From: Barthelona sp. PAP020
Taxonomy: Eukaryota
Direction of reading: 5' to 3'
Length of the DNA: 46,963 bases
Assembly (NCBI GenBank): GCA_040182905.1
Contig: JARQWU010000055.1
Span: forward strand, 1 to 46,963
Positions 20,471-29,391 of the stretch are shown here, in pieces (position 1 is the stretch's first letter; each line of letters starts with the position of its first letter). Both the position numbers and the translations under genes were made by a program. The notes under the pieces were generated by a model. It made no database searches. It was not told the DNA's origin and worked only from the letters and a program-made list of their open reading frames with translations.

Positions 20471-20911
20471 TTATAATGAAGACACATAATATTTTATCAA
20501 ATGAATATGATCAATCCCTACTTTTTTAAAAATATCACCTTGTTGAGAATAACCTGCCTTCAAATAAAAATCGCGAACAACCAATCGCCCAGACAATTGA
20601 ATACTATCAAATCCATGCTGCCAACAATAATTTTCGACGAATGTTAGCAAAAGCTTTCCCAAACCCATTCCTCTGAATTTTTCATCAATTACCATTTGTC
20701 TCAAAACACAAGGTTTCATCAATGGATCAATAATAACACTGCCAACTAATTTGTTGTCTGAAACAATACCAAAATGCCATTGAGTACTGTCATTTTCTGT
20801 GTCGTCAGTACTCAATCTCAAACCCAACGGAATTCGCAGAAACTTATCCCTCAGTTCACATGATTCCTTATATCTGTGACTATCAACTGCAAAAACGATA
20901 CATTCAAACAT
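20471..20911 (-). CDS. GNAT-family N-acetyltransferase (bacterial YjcF/ElaA-like)
   Basis: 146 aa with acetyl-CoA motif A LRQMVIDEKFRGMGLGKLL, FYLKAGY, N-terminal LRDKFLRIPLGL and C-terminal GDIFKKVGIDH. Confidence 0.88.
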   Translation of the reverse strand: MFECIVFAVDSHRYKESCELRDKFLRIPLGLRLSTDDTENDSTQWHFGIVSDNKLVGSVIIDPLMKPCVLRQMVIDEKFRGMGLGKLLLTFVENYCWQHGFDSIQLSGRLVVRDFYLKAGYSQQGDIFKKVGIDHIHLIKYYVSSL

Positions 20912-21013
20912 AACAACAGTTAAAAAAAAACAAAACCTACAAAAAATGGGAAATCAAGTTCAATCAAACCTGCAAGAGGCTCAATAACAATAGAAAGCAA
21001 GACAAAATTTATA

Positions 21014-21607
21014 TTAACAGTTACAAGTGTCATCATTATCTTGTTCATTTTTTGTATGTGAAAGTAAAACAGTGTTATTTGTGTTTCCATCGGAATTTTG
21101 GTTTCTCAATGCAGTAGTTGCCAACTCAATAAACATATTTGATACATTTTCCCCAGTTTTTGCTGAAGTCTTTTTGAAAGGAACATTATTCTGCAAACAA
21201 AACTTTGACAATTCATCATCTGTAATTGCTGAAACCAAATCACATTTATTTGCCACAATCATTACGGGAGTCCCTGGATGAGCGAAACGTTGAATAATAT
21301 CCATATAATTCGGTAATAAATCAAAAGTTGAACGATCTGATATATCGAAAACCAAAACTACCGCTTGAGTATTTCTAAATAAAGCTTTAGTAAGGCTTTG
21401 GAATCGATCTTGTCCACTACTATCAAAGAGAACAATTTTAACTTGTTTATCATCAATTTCCACCATTTTAAATCTTAATTCCAATCCTATCGTGGATATA
21501 TAAGCATCTTGAAATTGTCCTGTTCGAAATTGATTAATAACAGAAGTTTTTCCTGTTGCAACAGTACCAACAATTAAAGTATAAATTGTTTTCGTTTCAT
21601 CAGCCAT
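21014..21607 (-). CDS. Divergent Rab-family small GTPase
   Basis: G1 GTVATGKTS, effector YISTIGLE, G3 FDSSGQDRF, G4 NKCD, G5 TSAK and a C-terminal CNC (CXC) prenylation motif. Subfamily not assignable by eye. Confidence 0.9.
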   Translation of the reverse strand: MADETKTIYTLIVGTVATGKTSVINQFRTGQFQDAYISTIGLELRFKMVEIDDKQVKIVLFDSSGQDRFQSLTKALFRNTQAVVLVFDISDRSTFDLLPNYMDIIQRFAHPGTPVMIVANKCDLVSAITDDELSKFCLQNNVPFKKTSAKTGENVSNMFIELATTALRNQNSDGNTNNTVLLSHTKNEQDNDDTCNC

Positions 21608-21805
21608 TATTCAAAAGAAATAATCAATAGAAAAAAAAAAAAATTGGATGAATGAGAATTCTTTTTTTATCAAATACAAATAATAGTGGTAAATTTGAAA
21701 GAAGTTACACATAAAATATATTAAGCATATATGAAAGAATAGAAAGATAAAAATAAATGGTCATTTCATCATGTTTATAACAATCTAACTATTTTTTTTG
21801 AATGA

Positions 21806-24800
21806 ATGAAGAATTTTAACAAAAATGATTACCCTCAATCAGCATCTTTTCGAGGAATATTAACTTTATGTTGCGTTTCGAATGATTCTTGGCTTTGTTT
21901 TCGTTATCAATTGTTAAATAGTAGGTATTTTACATTTTCTACTTTTTTAATGCATTTATATCGATTTATTAGTTATTTTGTAATTTATGTAACTGCTTTT
22001 GCAGATCAATATAACAATACTATTCTATTAAAAATAAAGAGGATTGTTTTATTGGATATAGAATTAGATTTTTTCCAAAAATATGGTGGATGGACCTGTT
22101 TTGTTATTTTATTGATATTATTAATATTTTTTATTGATATATTTTTACAATTACAATCTAAACATATTATATCGAATATAAAGTTCAGAGTATATATAGG
22201 AACTATTTTATTGGTAATTTGTGTATATTTTTTTCCATTTATAATTCTTGATAATTTGACCAGAAATATTTGCTTGGTAATATCAAACAAATTGATATCA
22301 ATGAATTTTATTATTGTACAAGTTGTCATTTACTTGGTAGGATATATTATTTTTTTGATATTTTGCATTTTTGTGCAAACTCAAATATGTATTGGAAGTA
22401 ATGATGAGATGAGTGTTTTATTAGACAGTAATAATGGCAGATATTATTTGATAAATAATTGTTTTGATTTAGTTATCATATTATTGAATAACATCCATCT
22501 CTATCAAAAAATAATACAATTTGATAATATGATTCAATTTTTCTTTTTTTTAATTATTGGTAAAATGTTTTTATTTACCAAACATCAGGGAATTACGTCA
22601 AAAATGTCATTAAAATGTGAATATTTTACAAATATTTCGTTATTGATAACTTCTTTAATGTTGATTCTATTGAGTTTAAATACACAGACTAATTTCAATC
22701 GGTTGACTTACATTTGTTTATTTTTGTTTGTTACTAATTATGGTATTAACGTTTTGAAGAATGCCAGAGAAATGAAATTATTTAAAGCTTTAAATTATGA
22801 ACTGATTAATAGTAAGCAATTTTTTCAATGGCATATTATGTTTAATCAACCTGAAATATTGATTCATTATGATCTATTACCTTATATTGATTCTTTAGAA
22901 CGTAAAGTTTATGTTATTAAGTACTTTTTTGATCTGAAAAAGTATGGAGAAACGACATCTTTATTTTCTCAAATGTTTAACACAATTTTAAGGACAATTG
23001 AAAGTGGTAACCCAATTGTTCCGAAAGAGTTAGAAGAAATGGAGAAATCTTTTTTTGGTCGAGGTTTTGATGAAAATTTTGAGGCTGTACCGACAGAATC
23101 AATGTCTTTACATTTGATTAATTCGAACCATTTCAGTATTAACTCCAATACTAATTCTAGTGACTATTCTAAATCTTTTAATGTTCCTGGTAGCATAGAT
23201 TTAGATTTAAAAGCTTTATCGGTGGCAAGAAATAATTTAAATTTGAAATACATTTCAAAAGAAACGTACATTAGTTGTTTATTTAAATGGTTAAAGGATA
23301 TTGAAGAAGAAATAGTTGTTCAAAAAGATAAGAGTGATTTTGAAACTGAAGATTTTGACACTAATATTGGTGAAGAATATTTATCTTGTTTAAATCGAAT
23401 GAGCAATCATTTTAATTTTCCATTTTATAGTTTGATCAGTACTTTTGATTGGATGAAATTAATTCCTCAAGGATTTATATCTACATTTGCTCAATTTATC
23501 TATAAAATCCATTGTGATCATAATCGTCAAGTTCAAATGCCACAGTTACAAAAACAATTGCAAATGCAGTTGCAAATGCAAATGCAAAATCAAATTCAAA
23601 TGATTCAAGATGAAGCATCAGAGAAAAATCGTATTTTTACGCAAATTCATTTGTTAGGATTATTGACAAGTCCATTTGATCCAAATGCTTACCTAAAGTT
23701 CAGTAGTTTTTTGTCAAAGACAATTAACAATAAGCAACCTAATGAAACAAGTGCATTTTTGAATTCGAAATATCACAGTGAAAACATTTTTAAACGATCA
23801 CAGATCAAATTGTTGAATTCTATGAGTCAAGCACATCAAGAAAAACATAATGCTTTTAGTTCATTGTATGTGTTATCTTTTGATGCTCAATGTATTATTA
23901 ATGATGATTTGGAAATCTTAGATTTTAATTCGGCGTTTCCAGAGACATTCAGAATTTCTAATGATGATCAGAACAGGAGATTGACATTTCAAGATTTTTG
24001 TGTGAATTCTGCTAAGAATACCTTAGCTAATCAATTAAACCGAGATTCTGATTATACTTTATCTTCATTTCGTAATAAGGTTGCACAATCCAAAATATTA
24101 GGTATTAATGAGTTTGATTTCATTTTGATGAAAAGCAATGGTGTTGTATTTTTGGCAAATATTGCAATAATCAGTTTAGTTGATAAATTGCCTTTAGTGT
24201 TAAACTTTAAAAACAATGTTTCCAAATTGCAAAATAGAAAACAAAGAAGTGATATTCTTGGATTACCTTCAATTGCATTCAGTACAGCTGGAAAAAAGTA
24301 TTCTTCTATTGCTAGAAGATACAAGGCTAAACCTTTTTCTAATGAAAAGGGTCCCAAATTTCAATTGGTTATCCGAGATATCACTGATTTAAGAAAGAGT
24401 GAATTGCATCTAAAACAAGTTTCAAGATTATACCGATTACTTTGGAATAGTATTCAAACTCCCTTAGTAATCTGTTTAGAATCTGGTTTGATCAACTACT
24501 GCAATTTAGGATTCTCTAAACTTGTTCAATTAACATTAAGTTTAATTGTTGGAAAACATATACATGATTTTTTCCCCAGTAAGACTGCAAAGGAGAATTT
24601 CATTAAAGACAATATTATTACCAAAAGCTGGAAAGTGAGTGAAGTTATGGTTGTTAAAACGGATATTAAGACGCAAAATACAGATCAATCTACAATGAAT
24701 GTTCGAAATGTGGGAGATCGTCAATTTCGTGTGAGCTTATCGTTAGGATCCCTTGAATTGTCAAATATCTCATATTATGTAATGTTGTTGACAAATATTG

Positions 24801-26182
24801 AAGAAATTACTGTGTCACCACATTTGGCAGGGTTTAAAGAAAGAGTTGAGAAATTTTTGAAGTATTGTCGAAAACCTTCATTAGTTTTTAAATATGAGAT
24901 TGAGAACACAAGACAATATACTTTTTTTTCAAATGTGGGGGCCAATTTGGAATTTGTTGATATGTTGACGGTCAAGCCAAACAGAAGACTTTTGCAACAT
25001 TTCACATTGAATTCCTTTTTCATCGAAATCAAATCGCAAATTCATGAGGCTTTGAAACATGAAATTGTTTTGGTTAATTATGAGAAAGAAATTTGGTTCA
25101 CTATGATTCAACATTTGAAAGGGAAATATTTTTGCACAAAGATAGTTGTCAAGAACGAAATTTCTCGAGCTGTTGTTCTTATTTCTGAATTGCCTTTTGG
25201 TTCAAATGTATATTTGTTAGAAGTATTTGCTGCAAGTGAGTTTTCAAACATATCATTCGTTGATTCAGCAAAACATATTCTTTCTGCACTTTCTGATTCT
25301 TTATATAGTACAAGCAGGAGACATGATTTGGATATTTCTTTAAATAAGATCATTAAACATGTTGGATCGTTATTGTCTATTTCTTCCTCCACATCAAGCG
25401 TATTGAGTCCAAGCAAAGAAAATTTATACGCTCGATACAATCAAACACAACTGCTTTCTATACAACCTTCCAAAGTTACTTTAACAAATAGCAACTCATC
25501 ATTGCCTGGGATGTTTTTCTCTGATGATGATGTGTTGGGGTCATTTTTGTCTTCCAATTTATCGACACATCAATCTTCAAAGAATTTGAATTCAAACAGC
25601 AAAGAAACCATTTCGTCTGATACCAATTCTAAAAATCAAAAACAACATTCAAATTCTTCACCAGAAACTGCGAGTGAGATATTACGTATTGAAAGTGAGT
25701 TGAATAGTCGTTTAAAAGATGTCGATTTAACAACTACATCATCTGTTTTTTTTGGTAATGAATATGATGCAAATTTACAGTTATCTGCGTTAGAAAGTGA
25801 TTCTGATACAGCTGAATTGCTTTCGTTCTTCGAAACTCCTGATAGTTCTGATTCCAAAATGCCATATGGTACATTGAACACTAATACAGTGTCTGATTTT
25901 AGCGAATCACCTTTACATGTTAAAATTGATAAAGAAAAGAAGGAGAACATAAATATTCAAAATAAAGAGATATCTGATGCATATTCAGAGTTTGAAGTGT
26001 CTTTAGTTAATTCCCAAATTGATGAAGAGAACACAAATGATCAGAATGAAGAGATATCTGATACATCATCAAAATTTGAAGTGTCTTTGATTAATTCTGA
26101 AATTGATCAGAATGAAGATCTATTGGATACTTCGTCAGAGTTTGAAGTGTCTTTGGTCAACTCCGAAATTGATGAAGAGTAA
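21806..26182 (+). CDS. Multi-TM, multi-PAS-domain membrane protein (putative sensor)
   Basis: 1458 aa. About 7-8 hydrophobic segments lie in the first ~320 aa. PAS/PAC-like segments: LSFDAQCIINDDLEILDFNSAFPETF...MKSNGVVFLANIAI...LVIRDITDLRKSE and LWNSIQTPLVICLESGLINYCNLGFSKL...IVGKHIHDFFP. The tail is Ser-rich and acidic. Confidence 0.72.
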   Translation: MKNFNKNDYPQSASFRGILTLCCVSNDSWLCFRYQLLNSRYFTFSTFLMHLYRFISYFVIYVTAFADQYNNTILLKIKRIVLLDIELDFFQKYGGWTCFVILLILLIFFIDIFLQLQSKHIISNIKFRVYIGTILLVICVYFFPFIILDNLTRNICLVISNKLISMNFIIVQVVIYLVGYIIFLIFCIFVQTQICIGSNDEMSVLLDSNNGRYYLINNCFDLVIILLNNIHLYQKIIQFDNMIQFFFFLIIGKMFLFTKHQGITSKMSLKCEYFTNISLLITSLMLILLSLNTQTNFNRLTYICLFLFVTNYGINVLKNAREMKLFKALNYELINSKQFFQWHIMFNQPEILIHYDLLPYIDSLERKVYVIKYFFDLKKYGETTSLFSQMFNTILRTIESGNPIVPKELEEMEKSFFGRGFDENFEAVPTESMSLHLINSNHFSINSNTNSSDYSKSFNVPGSIDLDLKALSVARNNLNLKYISKETYISCLFKWLKDIEEEIVVQKDKSDFETEDFDTNIGEEYLSCLNRMSNHFNFPFYSLISTFDWMKLIPQGFISTFAQFIYKIHCDHNRQVQMPQLQKQLQMQLQMQMQNQIQMIQDEASEKNRIFTQIHLLGLLTSPFDPNAYLKFSSFLSKTINNKQPNETSAFLNSKYHSENIFKRSQIKLLNSMSQAHQEKHNAFSSLYVLSFDAQCIINDDLEILDFNSAFPETFRISNDDQNRRLTFQDFCVNSAKNTLANQLNRDSDYTLSSFRNKVAQSKILGINEFDFILMKSNGVVFLANIAIISLVDKLPLVLNFKNNVSKLQNRKQRSDILGLPSIAFSTAGKKYSSIARRYKAKPFSNEKGPKFQLVIRDITDLRKSELHLKQVSRLYRLLWNSIQTPLVICLESGLINYCNLGFSKLVQLTLSLIVGKHIHDFFPSKTAKENFIKDNIITKSWKVSEVMVVKTDIKTQNTDQSTMNVRNVGDRQFRVSLSLGSLELSNISYYVMLLTNIEEITVSPHLAGFKERVEKFLKYCRKPSLVFKYEIENTRQYTFFSNVGANLEFVDMLTVKPNRRLLQHFTLNSFFIEIKSQIHEALKHEIVLVNYEKEIWFTMIQHLKGKYFCTKIVVKNEISRAVVLISELPFGSNVYLLEVFAASEFSNISFVDSAKHILSALSDSLYSTSRRHDLDISLNKIIKHVGSLLSISSSTSSVLSPSKENLYARYNQTQLLSIQPSKVTLTNSNSSLPGMFFSDDDVLGSFLSSNLSTHQSSKNLNSNSKETISSDTNSKNQKQHSNSSPETASEILRIESELNSRLKDVDLTTTSSVFFGNEYDANLQLSALESDSDTAELLSFFETPDSSDSKMPYGTLNTNTVSDFSESPLHVKIDKEKKENINIQNKEISDAYSEFEVSLVNSQIDEENTNDQNEEISDTSSKFEVSLINSEIDQNEDLLDTSSEFEVSLVNSEIDEE
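23528..23608 (+). repeat. Coding low-complexity CAAATG/CAATTG-type hexamer run (QVQMPQLQKQLQMQLQMQMQNQIQMIQ)
   Basis: Alternating Gln-X codons are visible in both DNA and protein. Confidence 0.7.
25967..26179 (+). repeat. Three coding tandem repeats at the C-terminus of the PAS protein (EISDxxSxFEVSLxNSxID)
   Basis: Three copies share tttgaagtgtcttt...aa(t/c)tc..aaattgat, with imperfect spacing. Confidence 0.9.
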
Positions 26183-26813
26183 TTGAGATTAAATGATGTT
26201 AATATCATATATATTCAAATTAAGAAGTTTAAATCGGATCTTTACGCTGAAAGTTTGAAGTTTTAAATGAAATTCAGTTTGATGAAACAACAATCAAATA
26301 ATTTAAATAATCTTGTTGTTTAACAAGGAATATGCTTGAATTTTTAGAAAGTTCCTTTCAAGAAAAAACGGAAGGAACTGTTTTTCATGGCATAGTACAG
26401 CATTCATATGTCTATCCATTTTTATTCAGTGAAAATTGGTACATTTTTCATAAATTAATCTATTTTTGGTTTTTCTGCCCATATTTGTAAGGTAAATAAT
26501 TTTATATCAACTTATTTTTCTTGCTTTATTTAGAAAGCAATTTTTTCCCAAATATTTTTATTTTGAACATCATTGCCACAATTGCTTCATTTTTTTTTAA
26601 ATTTCGTGTTTTGAAAGACAAGCAGTTTTGACTAAGTCAGTTCAAATTCTTGAGTTTGATTTTTTTTTTTTGGAAATTTTTTTCTTTTCAAATTTACATG
26701 TATAAATATTCTTCTATTTTGACAGAAACTGCTTTGATAAAAATGTGGCAAACAGAAAGAACTTGAAAAATGGATTGGATTGAATTCATTTTTTTTCTTT
26801 TTTCGTGTGTTTT

Positions 26814-27485
26814 ATGGCTACAAGAAAGAAATTTTTGTTGAAAGTCATCTTACTTGGTGAACCTGGGTATTAACCTAAAAAAAACAAAATAACTAACTGA
26901 TGTAGTGTTGGGAAAACCGCTTTGATGACTCAATTTTGTACGAAACGCTTCTCTGCTCAATACAGGGCCACATTAGGTGCTGAATTTCTTTCTAGAGATA
27001 TTGAAATAGATGATAGGAGAGTGAGTCTTCAAATATGGGATACTGCTGGTCATGAAAGATTCCAATCTTTAGGTTCTGTTTTTTTCCGTGGAGCTGATGC
27101 TTGTATTTTAGTTTTTGACGTAACTAATAAAACATCCTTTGATAAACTTACAAATTGGCACCATCAATTCAGTGTTCAAGCTATTAGTTCTGAACCTGAC
27201 ACTTTCCCTTTTATTGTTATTGGTAATAAATGTGATAAAGAAGTTGATGAAAGAACTGTTACTCCACATGAGGCAAAACGTTGGTGTACACACAATGGTT
27301 TTGAATATTTTGAGACTTCTGCTAAAGAAAATACCAATGTTGAGGAAGCTTTCAGAAATGCTGCCAAAAAAGCACTTCAAAGGAGTATGAATAATGCTGG
27401 TCAACAAAGTTTTTCAAATGCCATTCCCACAATGGAGGTTCGCAAAATGGAAGCAGATGAAAGTGAAACTCCTTGCGCTTGTTAA
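26814..27485 (+). CDS. RAB7: Rab7-family GTPase, two exons (26814-26866, 26906-27485), 210 aa
   Basis: The spliced product is MATRKKFLLKVILLGEPG|VGKTALM...YRATLGAEF...WDTAGHERFQSLGSVFFRGADAC...FPFIVIGNKCD...YFETSAK...CAC. The ORF-track call at 26922 lacks the P-loop, which splicing restores. Confidence 0.92.
26867..26905 (+). other. Spliceosomal intron, 39 nt (Rab7)
   Basis: GTATTAAC...ACTAAC-TGATG-TAG. It contains an in-frame TAA, and its removal yields GEPGVGKT. Confidence 0.92.
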
Positions 27486-27581
27486 TTTTAAAAATAATTT
27501 TTGAATAATAAATGATTTAACTTTATTATTATTATTTTTTTTTTTAATCAACCCAAAAAGCAATTTTATATTGGAATAAAT

Positions 27582-27951
27582 CGATTTATTTCCAAGCCAA
27601 GAAGCACTGTGCGTATAAGTGAATAAATACAAATAATTGGTCCAGTTGTGAAACAACTATATTTATTTACAAAGAAAGTAAACTCAGAAAACTCATTCTA
27701 GCAAATTTCAGTCAAAATCCCAGGAGGGGAATTGAGGGAAAGCCTTTAACCAAATAAACACTATTCTTTCTTATTCACTCATACGCACAGTGCTTCTTGG
27801 CTTGGAAATAATCGTGATATGAAGAATTTTTAAAAAATTGTTTTACTTGATGTTTGAAATGAGATTTTATTCCTTCAATTATTTCCAAGCCAAGAAGCAC
27901 TATGCGTATGAGTGAATAAAAAGAATAGTGTTCGCTTGGTTAAAGGCTTTC
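27582..27951. repeat. Repeat family A: three copies (fwd 27582-27626 partial; rev 27738-27814; fwd 27878-27951) forming a ~75-bp-arm inverted repeat
   Basis: The core ATTTCCAAGCCAAGAAGCACT(G/A)TGCGTAT(A/G)AGTGAATAA and its reverse complement TTATTCACTCATACGCACAGTGCTTCTTGGCTTGGAAAT can be read directly. Confidence 0.92.
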
Positions 27952-28283
27952 GAGGCCCGATTGATCTGTTGAAAAACTTTAGATTTTCCAAGGTAAAGTT
28001 CAAACTTTAAAATTTTGCTTTTGTAAAATACAAAATAATGGGAATGGAAAATTTTCCAAAATTTTCATCCTTGATGACCAAGATTCAATTGCAGCCACTC
28101 ATTTTCTGTGGCTGAGATTTAATGAAATGAGTTTTCTTTGGTTGCTTTTTCTTTGCAAATAAATATAGTTGTTTCACAACTGGACCAATTTCACCCAGGG
28201 TTTTGACTTTTATTTGCTTGAATGAGTTTTTTGAACAAACTTTCCACGTGAATAAGTAGTATTGTTTCATAATTGGACCAATT
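27635..28283. repeat. Repeat family B: three ~80-90 bp copies (fwd 27635-27721; rev 28110-28190; rev 28196-28283)
   Basis: AATTGGTCCAGTTGTGAAACAACTATATTTATTT at 27635 is the exact reverse complement of AAATAAATATAGTTGTTTCACAACTGGACCAATT ending at 28190. A more diverged copy ends TTGTTTCATAATTGGACCAATT at 28283. Confidence 0.88.
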
Positions 28284-28421
28284 TAACAATAAAGAAGACA
28301 CAAAGACACATTATTGGTATTTTACATATTTAGAATGAAATATTGAAAAAAAATTCCCTACAACAAAGAAAAAAATCAAAACATTTACAAAATATGTTTC
28401 AAACAGTGTATTTAGCAATTT

Positions 28422-29288
28422 TTACTCATCATCTTCATCAGCAGAATCATTTTGATGAGAACTTTGTGGAGGTTGATACATTTTTTGAGCTTGTTTTCTT
28501 TTAAGATTTGACAAAACACTAAGCACCTTATTGATACCATCACACATCACAAAATACACTTTTTTAACAAAGGTTGGCATGTTTGGTCTATCAATAAAAT
28601 TGTCGATTTTCTCTTTTAACAGAATTGCTTCTTTTTTTGAATAAGAATTTGGCATGTTCAATAAATTATTGTAGGAAACAACAATTGCAAAAATTGAAAA
28701 CAAAGATCTTCTATCAAATAATAGAACAAAAATAACGGTTGAAATCACATAAAAAAATTCTAATTTGCCTGCTGTCGACATCCAAATGGCCATATTACCA
28801 TCAACCCATGAAGTAATTTTGGCAGGATATTTGGAAAAAAATCCCAATGAAAACGTTTCAAAAAGAACTTTTAAAGAATAACAAGCACTATAAAGGGTAA
28901 CAAAAATGATGACCAAGGGTAAGACGAAATTATAATATCTATTTCTGAGAGATATGACAACAAACATCAAATAATTAAAGTTGATTGACCTTGAGAATTC
29001 CATTAAAGTTAGTTTCCATCCTCTGTTATTGACTTTATAATTTTTAGAAGGATGTAAAAAGACTTCACTTAATAAATGAAATGCAACCAACAAAGAACTA
29101 ATTTGCAACAATTTAAAAGCTAAACCGCGATTAATTAAAAATGCAAAAACTGATAAAATACCAGTAACGCATGGTAAAAGAGCAGAAAATGAATAAGTAA
29201 AATACTGATTTTGAAATAATCTCTTTAAATTCTCATTAAAATTCAATGGTCTATTTTTAGTGTTTGTGTTGGACGAATTATCACTCAT
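28422..29288 (-). CDS. TMEM33/Pom33-family ER/nuclear-pore membrane protein
   Basis: 288 aa, multi-TM, with SINFNYLMFVVI and AGKLEFF and a C-terminal amphipathic region NSYSK...LKEKIDNFIDRPNMPTFVKKVY that resembles TMEM33/Pom33. Confidence 0.65.
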   Translation of the reverse strand: MSDNSSNTNTKNRPLNFNENLKRLFQNQYFTYSFSALLPCVTGILSVFAFLINRGLAFKLLQISSLLVAFHLLSEVFLHPSKNYKVNNRGWKLTLMEFSRSINFNYLMFVVISLRNRYYNFVLPLVIIFVTLYSACYSLKVLFETFSLGFFSKYPAKITSWVDGNMAIWMSTAGKLEFFYVISTVIFVLLFDRRSLFSIFAIVVSYNNLLNMPNSYSKKEAILLKEKIDNFIDRPNMPTFVKKVYFVMCDGINKVLSVLSNLKRKQAQKMYQPPQSSHQNDSADEDDE

Positions 29289-29391
29289 AATTAAAAAAAA
29301 AAAGGAAAAAAATGAGATTGAAAATTTATTAAAAGCTCATTCATAAAATGGCAAAAGTAAAACAACAAAACATACAAATTTATTAACTTAA

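Noticed and set aside
26285..26379. Hairpins AAACAACAA/TTGTTGTTT and AGTTCCTTTC/GGAAGGAACT downstream of the PAS gene
   Set aside because: Short, low-complexity stems in AT-rich DNA with no supporting motif. Bacterial-type terminators are not expected here.
26922..26924. Apparent P-loop-less Rab starting at 26922
   Set aside because: Artefact of an unspliced intron. Exon 1 at 26814-26866 restores the GEPGVGKT P-loop.
27582..28283. CRISPR array interpretation of the intergenic repeats
   Set aside because: Copies are in mixed orientations, up to 75-90 bp long, irregularly spaced and of two families. There are no cas genes and the context is eukaryotic.
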